In this document: piece by piece, positions 24,358 to 32,676 of the stretch
How the letters are laid out: every line of letters begins with the position of its first letter
Position numbering within the stretch: position 1 is the first letter of the stretch
Source: an uncultured Candidatus Saccharibacteria bacterium
Lineage (GTDB): Bacteria; Patescibacteriota; Minisyncoccia; Phycocordibacterales; Phycocordibacteraceae
Reading direction: 5' to 3'
Assembly: GCA_964357285.1 (NCBI GenBank)
Contig: CAYHKM010000002.1
Coordinates: 1 to 38,986 of the forward strand
DNA: 38,986 nt
The notes under the pieces: generated by a model
What the model was told of the DNA's origin: nothing
The model's input: the letters and a program-made list of their open reading frames with translations, nothing else
Databases searched by the model: none
Position numbers and translations under genes: made by a program

Positions 24358-24445
24358 CCCCGTTAGAAATAACGAACGAACATGAAAAAAACAAAGCACG
24401 TTAAACAAAGAGGCACAAAAACCGTTCGTTCTATTTCTAACGGGG
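24358..24445. repeat. 21-bp inverted repeat (long hairpin) spanning the purL-purQ junction
   Basis: CCCCGTTAGAAATAACGAACG (24358-24378) pairs with CGTTCGTTCTATTTCTAACGGGG (24423-24445). The 44-nt loop contains the purQ ATG at 24382. Confidence 0.8.
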
Positions 24446-25236
24446 TAAAAAAAAGAAAAAAAGAGGTAATCAAAGTTTTAGTGTTCGCGGGGTTTGGCCT
24501 CAATTGTGAAGAAGAGGCGGCGTATGGCTTCACACTCGCGGGCGCCAAGGCCGACATCGTGCACTTGAATGACGTTATTGATGGACGCGTGAAGCTCAAG
24601 AACTATCACATCCTTGCGTTTCCCGGCGGCTTCGCGTACGGCGACGACACGGGCGCGGGGAAGGCCTACGGGAACCGCGTACGGAACCACCTGATGCCCG
24701 ACCTCAAGCAGTTCATTGCGGACGGTAAGCTCGTGATAGGCATCTGTAACGGTTTCCAGATACTCGCGCACGCGGGCATCCTTCCCGGCATGGTGACCTT
24801 CAACGACTCGAACCGCTACTCGGATCGCTGGGTGGACATGAAAGTAGAAGGCGAGAGCCCGTGGCTTAAGGGCATCAAAACACTTTCCGCACCCATCGCA
24901 CACGGAGAGGGGAAGTACGTGGGCTCGAAGAAGCTCCTTGCGGACTTGAAGAAAAACAAGCAGGTCGCTTTGCGGTACGTGAAAGGCGAGATGGCCCGCT
25001 ACCAAAATCTTCCGGCGAACCCGAACGGCTCTATGGAGGACATCGCCGGAGTCCTCGCGCATGAGGGGCGCGTCTTCGGCTTGATGCCCCACCCCGACCG
25101 TGCGCTTTTCCCGACCCAGCTCCCGAACTGGAATCTCACGAACGAGAAGCTGAAGCGCTCCGGCAAGAAGCTCCCGAAGCATGGCCCCGGCATACAGATT
25201 TTCCGGAACGGTGTTGCGTATTTCCATGGCCGTTGA
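24382..25236 (+). CDS. purQ: Phosphoribosylformylglycinamidine synthase, glutaminase subunit
   Basis: VLVFAGFGLNCE, catalytic CNGFQIL, MPHPDR. There is a Lys/Arg-rich N-terminal extension of about 30 aa. Confidence 0.85.
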   Translation: MKKTKHVKQRGTKTVRSISNGVKKRKKEVIKVLVFAGFGLNCEEEAAYGFTLAGAKADIVHLNDVIDGRVKLKNYHILAFPGGFAYGDDTGAGKAYGNRVRNHLMPDLKQFIADGKLVIGICNGFQILAHAGILPGMVTFNDSNRYSDRWVDMKVEGESPWLKGIKTLSAPIAHGEGKYVGSKKLLADLKKNKQVALRYVKGEMARYQNLPANPNGSMEDIAGVLAHEGRVFGLMPHPDRALFPTQLPNWNLTNEKLKRSGKKLPKHGPGIQIFRNGVAYFHGR

Positions 25237-25356
25237 CGCCCAGCTGCAGCTTTGGTACGGTGCAAGAATATGAATCCCGCACAGACTAGCAGCATGATGA
25301 TGGCGATGATGATGCTCATGCGAAGGCTGGTTTTGCGCTACACCTAATTTAGTCCA

Positions 25357-25403
25357 AAGCCCTCATCCGAGAATCAGCCTTCGTCCCGAACGAGGGCTTT
25401 TTT
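25357..25403 (+). terminator. Intrinsic terminator after purQ
   Basis: AAGCCCTC ... GAGGGCTT stem followed by TTTTT. Confidence 0.55.
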
Positions 25404-25420
25404 ATTGATTCTTGGACATC

Positions 25421-26443
25421 ATGGCGGAACCGATACGCGAACCGAAACCGGTAAAACAGGAGGGCAGGGCAACCCTCTGGTCCCGCTATCTTGCGTGGCG
25501 AAATAAGAACCGCTGGCGGAATTTTCTCGGAGAGTCACGCCGCGGCACCCCGACGACCATAATCAGCGATTGCACGGACGACAACGCTGTAGGTCGGCAA
25601 CAGACGAGAATGTCGGGCATCACGGGTGGTTCGGTGAATTATGTAGGACTCACAGCGCCCGAAGCCCTGGACGGCGACACGAATCGCCTGCAGGCTGCTG
25701 GACACCTCATCGATCAACTCGACGCGTTCAAAGATAATCCCGGAGTCTTATGCGTTCACATTGCGCCTCGAAACGAGAATGGAAAGAGCGGCCACACTGC
25801 AAATGGGGCGCGCTACGGCTATTTCTGGTACAAAAACGTCATTGTTGTCGCCTCTCTGGATGGGGCCGCTCTTTCTCTCGTAAAGAAACTTGGCCTTGCG
25901 GATACGGTTCGTGAACTTGATGTTCCGAGAACGCTTCGCCGCATGCACCAAAAGGGACTGATATCAAAAGCAGAAATCCAACAGACACTCCACACCCAAT
26001 TCAAAAGTCTCGAATATCTGCCTCGGATAGGAGCCTTCCTCCTAAGGGAAGGTAAGGCGGCCGGAACGGATCGCGATATCGAAACATTCGAAGACGCGCC
26101 GCGCGGCGTGTGGTTGGTGGACAATTTCGGCAACTGCAAGACCACTCTCGTCGCGGAAGAATTTGGCTTTTCGTCGGCGATAACCCCCGAAGAACTGCGT
26201 GCCCAAGAAGCTGCCGGGGCGAAAGGACCGCGTAGTGGGCCCCTTGCCACTATCCAGACCAAATTCGGTCCTCTGCCGCTCTATCGTCAGCTCGCTGGCG
26301 TGCCGCATGGCGTGCTCGCACTCACTATCGGTTCGTCAGGAATCGGCTCGGGGAAAGGGGAGCGCAGATTCCTAGAGCTCACGATTCTAGGCGGCAATGT
26401 GGCGAAAGAGAAAAACATCAAAGTGGGCGACAGCATTTTCTAA
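25421..26443 (+). CDS. Divergent DUF62 / SAM hydroxide adenosyltransferase (fluorinase-chlorinase fold)-like protein
   Basis: By-eye colinear similarity to DUF62 landmarks: TTIISDCTDDNAVG (TDFG region), VLCVHIAPRNENG (VDPGVG region), VIVVASLDGAALS (PDNGLL), TQFKSLEYLPRIGAFL (TFHGRDIFAP), WLVDNFGNCKTTL (IDRFGN), LALTIGSSG...LELTILGGNVAKEKNIKVGDSIF. Confidence 0.55.
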   Translation: MAEPIREPKPVKQEGRATLWSRYLAWRNKNRWRNFLGESRRGTPTTIISDCTDDNAVGRQQTRMSGITGGSVNYVGLTAPEALDGDTNRLQAAGHLIDQLDAFKDNPGVLCVHIAPRNENGKSGHTANGARYGYFWYKNVIVVASLDGAALSLVKKLGLADTVRELDVPRTLRRMHQKGLISKAEIQQTLHTQFKSLEYLPRIGAFLLREGKAAGTDRDIETFEDAPRGVWLVDNFGNCKTTLVAEEFGFSSAITPEELRAQEAAGAKGPRSGPLATIQTKFGPLPLYRQLAGVPHGVLALTIGSSGIGSGKGERRFLELTILGGNVAKEKNIKVGDSIF

Positions 26444-26464
26444 CCATCATGGTAAAATCGGCGC

Positions 26465-27040
26465 ATGAGTAAGGTTGTCGGTGCATTCGGATCTGCTGAC
26501 CTCAGTACCTCCTCGCCTACGCTCGTCGGCATCATCATGGGTTCGGATTCGGACCTCAAGATCATGAAGGACGCCGCCGAGGTCCTTGAAGCAGAGTTCG
26601 GCATCGCGAGCGAGGTGACCGCCCTCTCCGCGCACCGAGCCCCGGAGCATGTCGCTGAATACGGAAGGACGGCCCACGAGAAGGGACTCAAGGTCATCAT
26701 CGCGGGCGCAGGAGTCGCGGCGCATCTCCCGGGCGTTTTGGCCGCGTTCACGCCGCTCCCGGTAATCGGCGTTCCCATAAAGAGCTCCACCTCGGGCGGC
26801 ATCGACTCCTTGTTTGCGATTGTACAGATGCCACCGGGCGTTCCAGTCGCGTGTGTCGCGATAAATGGTGCCAAGAACGCCGGCATCCTTGCGGCGGAAA
26901 TAATCGGCACGGGCGACGAGGCCGTGCGCGCGAAGGTCATCGCGTACAAGAAGAAGATGGAGAAAGAAGTCGTCGAGAAGGCTCAAAAGATAGAGGAGCG
27001 CGGGTTCAAAAAGTATATGGAAGAAAACGGGCTCATCTGA
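26465..27040 (+). CDS. purE: N5-carboxyaminoimidazole ribonucleotide mutase (class I PurE-like)
   Basis: [15 protein letters not shown] and [12 protein letters not shown] motifs. Confidence 0.9.
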   Translation: MSKVVGAFGSADLSTSSPTLVGIIMGSDSDLKIMKDAAEVLEAEFGIASEVTALSAHRAPEHVAEYGRTAHEKGLKVIIAGAGVAAHLPGVLAAFTPLPVIGVPIKSSTSGGIDSLFAIVQMPPGVPVACVAINGAKNAGILAAEIIGTGDEAVRAKVIAYKKKMEKEVVEKAQKIEERGFKKYMEENGLI

Positions 27041-27065
27041 CTAATTATCTTGCTTTCATTCTCTA

Positions 27066-27077
27066 ATTCGCGCGAAT
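27066..27077. promoter_or_regulatory. Palindrome ATTCGCGCGAAT overlapping the arsR-like promoter (candidate operator)
   Basis: Perfect 12-nt palindrome lying 2 nt upstream of a TAGAAT -10 box. The ATG is 8 nt after that box. Confidence 0.45.
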
Positions 27078-27093
27078 GGTAGAATAGTTCTAC

Positions 27094-27360
27094 ATGACGG
27101 AAAAGGAGATGGAGAAAGTGATGAAAGCGCTCGCGAATCGTCGTCGCCTTCTTATTCTCAAATTTCTTAAAAAGCAGAAAGAGTCTTCAGTGGGCGACAT
27201 AGCAGAAGAGATAAAACTTTCTTTCAAAGCAACCTCAAAACATCTTAGTGTTCTTTCAAATGCGGGGATCGTGGATCGAGAACAGAGAAGTTTGCAGATG
27301 TTCTATTCTCTTGTGGCACACATCCCTGAATCCGCGCGACGCATCATCAGTCTTTTGTAG
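27094..27360 (+). CDS. ArsR/SmtB-family winged-helix transcriptional regulator
   Basis: LANRRRLLILKFLKKQKESSVGDIAEEIKLSFKATSKHLSVLSNAGIVDRE. Confidence 0.8.
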   Translation: MTEKEMEKVMKALANRRRLLILKFLKKQKESSVGDIAEEIKLSFKATSKHLSVLSNAGIVDREQRSLQMFYSLVAHIPESARRIISLL

Positions 27361-27375
27361 TCTTTAACTATTCGC

Positions 27376-27391
27376 TTATTCGCGCGAATAA
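27376..27391. promoter_or_regulatory. Palindrome TTATTCGCGCGAATAA (second candidate operator) upstream of purM
   Basis: Perfect 16-nt palindrome with the same core as 27066-27077. Extra half-sites ATTCGC (27370-27375) and CGAAT (27393-27397) flank it. Confidence 0.45.
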
Positions 27392-27470
27392 ACGAATTAC
27401 AGGCGTATTTACGGCAGAACAACAGAAGAGGGCATGAAAATAGCGAAAGTGACCGTGATAAACTGTTCGC

Positions 27471-28601
27471 ATGTCTAGCGACGCGTACGCCCTTTCCGGA
27501 GTCGATATCGAGGTCGAGGCGGAAGCCTCACGCATCATGTATGAGGCCTCGAAGCGGACGTTCAAGAACCGGAAGGACCTCTTGGGTGAGATAGTGACCC
27601 CGTTCAACGATTTCGCGTCTCTCAAGATGATCGCGGTCGGAAATCTCCCGCCCGATAGTTTCTTTTCCGTCGGATTTGACACCGCGGGAACGAAGGTGGA
27701 GATCGCCGAGCGCGTCGGAAAGTATGACACCATCGCATTCGACGTCTTCGCGATGGTGTGCGACGACGCGGTCCTCCGGGGCGGCGAACCCGTCCTCGTG
27801 GGAACCACGCTCGACGTGAAATCGCTCGGAACCGATCAGAAGTTCCTCCCCATCATCCGTGAACTCGCCGAAGGGTACGTACGGGCAGCGGAGGCGGCCA
27901 ATGTCGCCATCGTGAACGGTGAGATAGCCCAGATGGGCTCTCATATGGCCGGGTATGGCGAATTCCCATTCCATTGGGGAGCCGCATGCGTCTGGTTTGC
28001 GCGGAAAGACAAGCTCCTTACAGGGAGCGAACCGAAGCCGGGCGACGCGGTCGTCGTCCTCAAGGAAGAGGGATTCCGCTGTAACGGCTGGTCGCTGGTG
28101 CGCTCCATTTTCGCGGATGCCCATGGAGAGCGATGGCACGAGGCGAAGTTCGGGGATTCCACGCTCGGCATGGCGGCCCTCACGCCCTCGGTCATTTATT
28201 CGCGATTCGTTGTGGGTCTCCATGGCGGCTTCGCGACCGAAGGCGTGTCGCCCCTCCACGGTGTTGCTCACGTGACCGGCGGCGGCATCCCCGAGAAGCT
28301 TGAGCGGGCGCTCCGCCCGTCGAAGCTTGGAGCGCGGCTCTATGACCTCTTTGAGCCGCCGGAGGTCATGGCCTACAGCCAGAAGCTCGGCAACGTGTCG
28401 GACCGCGACGCATATCGCGCGTGGAACATGGGGCAGGGGATGGCGCTCATAACGCCGGACCCTGACGCGGTCCTCGCTCACGCGAAGGAAAAAGGAGTTT
28501 CGGCGAAGCTTGCCGGCGAAATCGTGAAGGAGCCGAAACTCACCATCGTGAGCCGTGGCGGGGAGAAGCACGGGCAGGAGCTGGTGTACGATTTGCGCTG
28601 A
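27471..28601 (+). CDS. purM: Phosphoribosylformylglycinamidine cyclo-ligase (AIR synthetase)
   Basis: PurM-type N-terminal domain GFDTAGTKVEIA and AFDVFAMVCDDAVLRGGEPV. C-terminal domain HVTGGGIPEKL. Confidence 0.9.
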   Translation: MSSDAYALSGVDIEVEAEASRIMYEASKRTFKNRKDLLGEIVTPFNDFASLKMIAVGNLPPDSFFSVGFDTAGTKVEIAERVGKYDTIAFDVFAMVCDDAVLRGGEPVLVGTTLDVKSLGTDQKFLPIIRELAEGYVRAAEAANVAIVNGEIAQMGSHMAGYGEFPFHWGAACVWFARKDKLLTGSEPKPGDAVVVLKEEGFRCNGWSLVRSIFADAHGERWHEAKFGDSTLGMAALTPSVIYSRFVVGLHGGFATEGVSPLHGVAHVTGGGIPEKLERALRPSKLGARLYDLFEPPEVMAYSQKLGNVSDRDAYRAWNMGQGMALITPDPDAVLAHAKEKGVSAKLAGEIVKEPKLTIVSRGGEKHGQELVYDLR

Positions 28602-28606
28602 ACCAC

Positions 28607-29533
28607 ATGGACGTTCTTCGGGAGACAAATTTCAAAGGGCTCGGTGAGCGTACGCAGGGGAAGGTGCGTGATATCTACGCGCAAAAAGACCGGCTCATCA
28701 TTGTGACGACCGACCGGCACTCCTCGTTCGACCGCATCATCGCGCACATCCCCGAAAAAGGGGCAGTTTTAAACCTTATCTCCGAGTTCTGGTTCGGTGT
28801 GACGAAGAACATCGTTCCGAACCACCTCATCGAAGTTCCGGACCCGAATGTCGTTATTGCAAAAAAAGCAAAGCCGTTTTTGGTCGAAGTAGTGGTTCGC
28901 GGATATCTAACGGGCGTGACTGATACCTCTATCTGGACGAGCTATCAAAAGGGGAAGCGTGACTTCGGGGGCATCACTTTACCCGATGGCCTCAAGAAGA
29001 ACACACCTCTGCCGCGCGCCATAATCACGCCGACCACCAAAGCCGGGCACGACGAGAATCTGGACTTGGGCGACATCGTTCCGCGCGGCCTCGCGACCGA
29101 GGCGGAATGGGCGGAGATGCAGCGGACCGCCTTGGAGTTATTCGCGCTCGGACAGAAACACGCGGCATCAAAGGGTTTCATCTTGGTCGATACCAAATAT
29201 GAGTTCGGGCTCCACGAAGGCAAGGTCATACTCATAGACGAAGTTCACACGCCCGACAACTCGCGCTACTGGCTTCAAGATTCTTACGCCGAGCGCCTTT
29301 CAAAAGGGGAGGAGCCGATGGCGTTTGATAAGGAATTCCTCCGCATCTGGTTCAAACAGAACTGCGATCCGTACAAGGATGCGGTTCTCCCTGAGGCGCC
29401 GGAGGACATGGTCCTCGAGCTCTCCCGCCGCTATATAGACATCTATGAGAAGCTCTCGGGAAAGAAGTTCGAGAAGCATTCTGGCGATATGGCTACTCGT
29501 ATTGAGAAAAATCTGGCTCAATATAAGGCTTAA
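28607..29533 (+). CDS. purC: SAICAR synthetase
   Basis: GKVRDIY, VVVRGYLTG and ILVDTKYEFG motifs. 308 aa. Confidence 0.92.
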   Translation: MDVLRETNFKGLGERTQGKVRDIYAQKDRLIIVTTDRHSSFDRIIAHIPEKGAVLNLISEFWFGVTKNIVPNHLIEVPDPNVVIAKKAKPFLVEVVVRGYLTGVTDTSIWTSYQKGKRDFGGITLPDGLKKNTPLPRAIITPTTKAGHDENLDLGDIVPRGLATEAEWAEMQRTALELFALGQKHAASKGFILVDTKYEFGLHEGKVILIDEVHTPDNSRYWLQDSYAERLSKGEEPMAFDKEFLRIWFKQNCDPYKDAVLPEAPEDMVLELSRRYIDIYEKLSGKKFEKHSGDMATRIEKNLAQYKA

Positions 29534-29553
29534 TCAACGTTGGGGTCGGGTCA

Positions 29554-29581
29554 TTGACAAATTCTATATATATGCTAAATT
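29554..29581 (+). promoter_or_regulatory. Sigma70-like promoter (TTGACA - 16 nt - TAAATT)
   Basis: Read directly. The ATG at 29590 lies 8 nt after the -10 box. Confidence 0.45.
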
Positions 29582-29589
29582 GCTAGCAT

Positions 29590-29757
29590 ATGAGCGATAC
29601 CAGATCGTTTGCCAATGCTCCAAAACCATGGAGGGCACCGGGCTTAATGCGAAATAAAGCAGGTACAATTATCCTGAGGAAAGAAACACGTAATCCGGGA
29701 ATCTTTCTCGGCATGTCCGATGATCCCCTCGTGCTTATTGGTCCCATAGATCGATAA
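29590..29757 (+). CDS. Possible 55-aa leaderless small ORF (or noncoding transcript)
   Basis: MSDTRSFANAPKPWRAPGLMRNKAGTIILRKETRNPGIFLGMSDDPLVLIGPIDR. Bracketed by the promoter and a strong terminator. No family recognised. Confidence 0.3.
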   Translation: MSDTRSFANAPKPWRAPGLMRNKAGTIILRKETRNPGIFLGMSDDPLVLIGPIDR

Positions 29758-29760
29758 CAG

Positions 29761-29790
29761 AAAAACACTCTGCGAAAGCGGAGTGTTTTT
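29761..29790 (+). terminator. Intrinsic (bidirectional-type) terminator
   Basis: AAAAACACTCTGC-GAAA-GCGGAGTGTTTTT. Confidence 0.6.
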
Positions 29791-29867
29791 GTAATTGTTC
29801 CTCACCTGATTGCGTATTCACGAGCATCGAGGTACTTTGACGAGAGCCCCGCAGGGCCTTTCTTTTT

Positions 29868-31670
29868 ATGGAAATACGGAACATCGCCATCATCGCGCAC
29901 GTCGACCACGGAAAGACGACACTTACGGATGCCATCCTCCGGCAAACCGGCGCCGCCGAGGAGGGAGTTTCGATGGACTCGAACAAGCTCGAGCAGGAGC
30001 GCGGCATCACTATTTATGCAAAAAACGCCGCCGTTTTCTACAAAGGCACCAAGATAAACATCGTCGACACCCCCGGCCACGCCGATTTCGGTTCCGAAGT
30101 CGAACGGGTCCTCCGCTCCATCGATTCGGTCCTCCTTATCGTTGATGCGCAGGAGGGGCCGATGCCGCAGACCCGATTCGTCCTCAAAAAATCCCTCGAG
30201 CTTGGCCTCCGACCCATCGTGGTCGTAAATAAGATAGACAAGCCGGCCGCGGACCCCGCGCGGACCGAGGAGCAGGTTTTAGAGCTTTTCCTGGAGCTCG
30301 GCGCCTCGAACGAGCAGTCCGATTTTCCCGTCGTGTACGCAATAGGGAAGCAGGGCATCGCGAAGCGGAAGCTCGATGAGGATTCGAAAGACCTCACGCC
30401 GCTTCTCGATACCATTCTTGAGCGCGTTCCCTCCGCGTCGTCCGCGTCCGCGGACGCCCCTCTCATGTTCCAACCCTTCAACCTCGCCTACGACAACTAT
30501 CTCGGACGCATGGCCATCGGGCGCATCCATCAGGGAACCATCGAAAACGGCCAGAGCGTATTCGTTAAGAAGGCCGAAGCCGGAGGCGTCGAAACCCGCT
30601 CCGGGAAGATAACGAAGATGTTCAGCTTCAAAGGCCTCGCGCGCGAGGAAGCCGCATCGGCGTCCTCGGGCGACATTGTCATGATCGCGGGGCTCCCTGA
30701 CATCTACATCGGCGACACCGTAACCTCCGACGAAAGCGCTGCCCCGCTCCCGGCGATAGGGATAGACCAGCCGACCATCGTCCTCGATTTTTTCCCGAAC
30801 TCGAGCCCGTTCGCTGGGCGTGAAGGGAAGTTCGTCACGACACGGCAGATACGGGAGCGCCTGGAGCGGGAGCTTCAAGTGAACGTCGGGCTCAAGGTCG
30901 ATCTTTCGTCAGCGGAATCGTTCAAGGTCTCCGGTCGGGGCGAGCTCCATATCTCGATACTTCTCGAGAACATGCGCCGCGAAGGATTCGAGCTCATGGT
31001 GTCGCAACCGAAGGTCATCTTCCACGAAGAGAACGGAGTGCGCACGGAACCATTCGAGGAGGCCATCATTGACACGCCGCAGGAATACAAAGGGCCGGTC
31101 ATCGAGCGGCTGGGCATGAGGGGCTTTGTGATGCAGAACCTCATCGTTCACGGAAACCAGGTCCGGATGATATTCGAAGGGCCGACGCGGGGCCTCTTGG
31201 GCTATCGCTCCCAATTCATCATCGACACCCGGGGTGAGGGCATCCTTTCCTCGCGCTTTGTCGGGTTCCGGATTTTCGAAGGCGATGTGAAGAAGCGCGC
31301 GACTGGCTCCATGATCTCGATGGCGGCGGGGAAAGCGCTCGGATTTTCCTTGTGGAATCTCCAAGACCGCGGGGTTCTCTATATAGGACCACAGACCGAG
31401 GTTTATGAAGGCATGGTGGTCGGCAATACTTCGAAAGGGGAGGAGCTCATGGTGAACCCCACCAAAGGGAAGCAGCTCACGAACATGCGGGCCTCGGGCT
31501 CCGACGAGGCGATAACGCTCACCCCGCCGTGGGAGCTCACCATCGAGCGGGGGCTCGAGGTGATGAGCGAAGACGAGTATCTTGAGATAACCCCCTCGTC
31601 GGTCCGACTCCGCAAACAGCAGCTCACCGAGAACGACCGAGCGCGGGCGAGGAGAAAGGATAACGTCTAG
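29868..31670 (+). CDS. typA: Translational GTPase TypA/BipA
   Basis: RNIAIIAHVDHGKTTL, DTPGHADF and NKID motifs. 600 aa with the BipA-type C-terminal domain. Confidence 0.95.
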   Translation: MEIRNIAIIAHVDHGKTTLTDAILRQTGAAEEGVSMDSNKLEQERGITIYAKNAAVFYKGTKINIVDTPGHADFGSEVERVLRSIDSVLLIVDAQEGPMPQTRFVLKKSLELGLRPIVVVNKIDKPAADPARTEEQVLELFLELGASNEQSDFPVVYAIGKQGIAKRKLDEDSKDLTPLLDTILERVPSASSASADAPLMFQPFNLAYDNYLGRMAIGRIHQGTIENGQSVFVKKAEAGGVETRSGKITKMFSFKGLAREEAASASSGDIVMIAGLPDIYIGDTVTSDESAAPLPAIGIDQPTIVLDFFPNSSPFAGREGKFVTTRQIRERLERELQVNVGLKVDLSSAESFKVSGRGELHISILLENMRREGFELMVSQPKVIFHEENGVRTEPFEEAIIDTPQEYKGPVIERLGMRGFVMQNLIVHGNQVRMIFEGPTRGLLGYRSQFIIDTRGEGILSSRFVGFRIFEGDVKKRATGSMISMAAGKALGFSLWNLQDRGVLYIGPQTEVYEGMVVGNTSKGEELMVNPTKGKQLTNMRASGSDEAITLTPPWELTIERGLEVMSEDEYLEITPSSVRLRKQQLTENDRARARRKDNV

Positions 31671-31704
31671 GGTTTTGCAAGGGCGCGAAGAGTATAATCA
31701 GCCC

Positions 31705-32400
31705 ATGACGCTTTTTGTCGAGGGACTCCTGTTGTTTTTCGTGCTGGTGGCGAACCGGCTCACGTTCATCTATATCCTCAATCGGCGGCTCCATATGTCG
31801 TTCGTGAAGAATCCGGCGCTCACGTTCCTCTATTTCATCGGGACCGCGCTCGCGGTCGCTGTTCTCTTCTGGGCGTACGCCGTCGAGCTCTTCACAACGC
31901 ACTCCGTCGTGAGCGTGTTCGCGTGCCTCGCGGTCGTGACCGTCCTCAATCCCTGGGTGTACGACCAGCTCGAGAAGCGGGAAAGGCGTCCGACGCGGTT
32001 TGCGCGCGCACACCCTGACCAGCAGTTCCTCCTCATCGAGGACAAGTACCTACTTTCGAAGACGGGCGATGTCATCTTTCAACAGCTCGTAGCCGGCATC
32101 CTCCTCCTCATCATGGCGCGCTCCGGCATTCCCTTGGAAACCTTGGTGCCTGTTTTCGCCGGCATCTTCCTTCTCTCGCACGTGCATCTTTTCTTCATCA
32201 CCAAGGCTATCTGGGCGCTGTATTTCTCCATTTTCGCGACCCTGTGGGCGTTCGTGTTCCCGTTCTTGATCCTCTACGTCGAAGGCGGCGTGTACTATGC
32301 GATCGCTATCCATACCTTCTGGTACGTGGGGAGTGGCGCGTTCTTCGGATTCCTTGAGCAGGCAACCGAAACGGCGACCAGGACGCGCCGAAAATCCTAA
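31705..32400 (+). CDS. Hypothetical polytopic membrane protein
   Basis: Start MTLFVEGLLLFFVLV. Six to seven hydrophobic segments. No family recognised. Confidence 0.6.
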   Translation: MTLFVEGLLLFFVLVANRLTFIYILNRRLHMSFVKNPALTFLYFIGTALAVAVLFWAYAVELFTTHSVVSVFACLAVVTVLNPWVYDQLEKRERRPTRFARAHPDQQFLLIEDKYLLSKTGDVIFQQLVAGILLLIMARSGIPLETLVPVFAGIFLLSHVHLFFITKAIWALYFSIFATLWAFVFPFLILYVEGGVYYAIAIHTFWYVGSGAFFGFLEQATETATRTRRKS

Positions 32401-32419
32401 TTGCGGCCGGCTTTGTATC

Positions 32420-32448
32420 TTGACAAGTGATGGAATTTACAATATAAT
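32420..32448 (+). promoter_or_regulatory. Consensus sigma70 promoter (TTGACA - 17 nt - TATAAT)
   Basis: Perfect hexamers and spacing, read directly. Confidence 0.6.
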
Positions 32449-32464
32449 TAATACCATAAAATAT

Positions 32465-32620
32465 ATGGCAGATGAGCGACATAATAGTTTAGACAGCGTT
32501 GGTCAAATCGCACAACAAATCGCGTCCGGAAAGGGAGATGCTGTGCAGGCATGTTTCAAAACACCGAACCGCCACATCCCCTCTATAAAAGGATCTCCGC
32601 ATGTAGGGTTCGGACTCTAA
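32465..32620 (+). other. Orphan short transcription unit: either a 51-aa ORF or an sRNA
   Basis: ORF reads MADERHNSLDSVGQIAQQIASGKGDAVQACFKTPNRHIPSIKGSPHVGFGL and has no Shine-Dalgarno element. It lies between a consensus promoter and a terminator, and the region is visibly lower in GC. Confidence 0.3.
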
Positions 32621-32637
32621 GTCCTTCAAAGTGTTAC

Positions 32638-32662
32638 AAGCCCCGAAGGGGGCTTTTGTTTT
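32638..32662 (+). terminator. Intrinsic terminator
   Basis: AGCCCC-GAAG-GGGGCT followed by TTTGTTTT. Confidence 0.65.
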
Positions 32663-32676
32663 GCTATAATTAAAAA

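Noticed and set aside
24999-25319. A 106-aa minus-strand ORF starting with a hydrophobic MSIIIAIIMLLVCAGFIF segment.
   Set aside because: About 240 nt of it run antisense through the well-supported purQ 3' end. At most a very short TM micro-peptide could be real, and nothing supports that.
29830-29867. A GCCCC-GCA-GGGC hairpin plus CTTTCTTTTT immediately before the typA ATG, considered as a terminator or attenuator.
   Set aside because: The stem is only 4-5 bp, and the T-tract merges into the translation start region. That is too weak to call.
32456-32662. SRP (4.5S) RNA, because of GUCCGGAAAGGGAG, which resembles the GGAA tetraloop region of helix 8.
   Set aside because: The flanking strands do not form the helix 8 pairing, and the conserved AGCA/GGAAGCAGC 3' side is absent.
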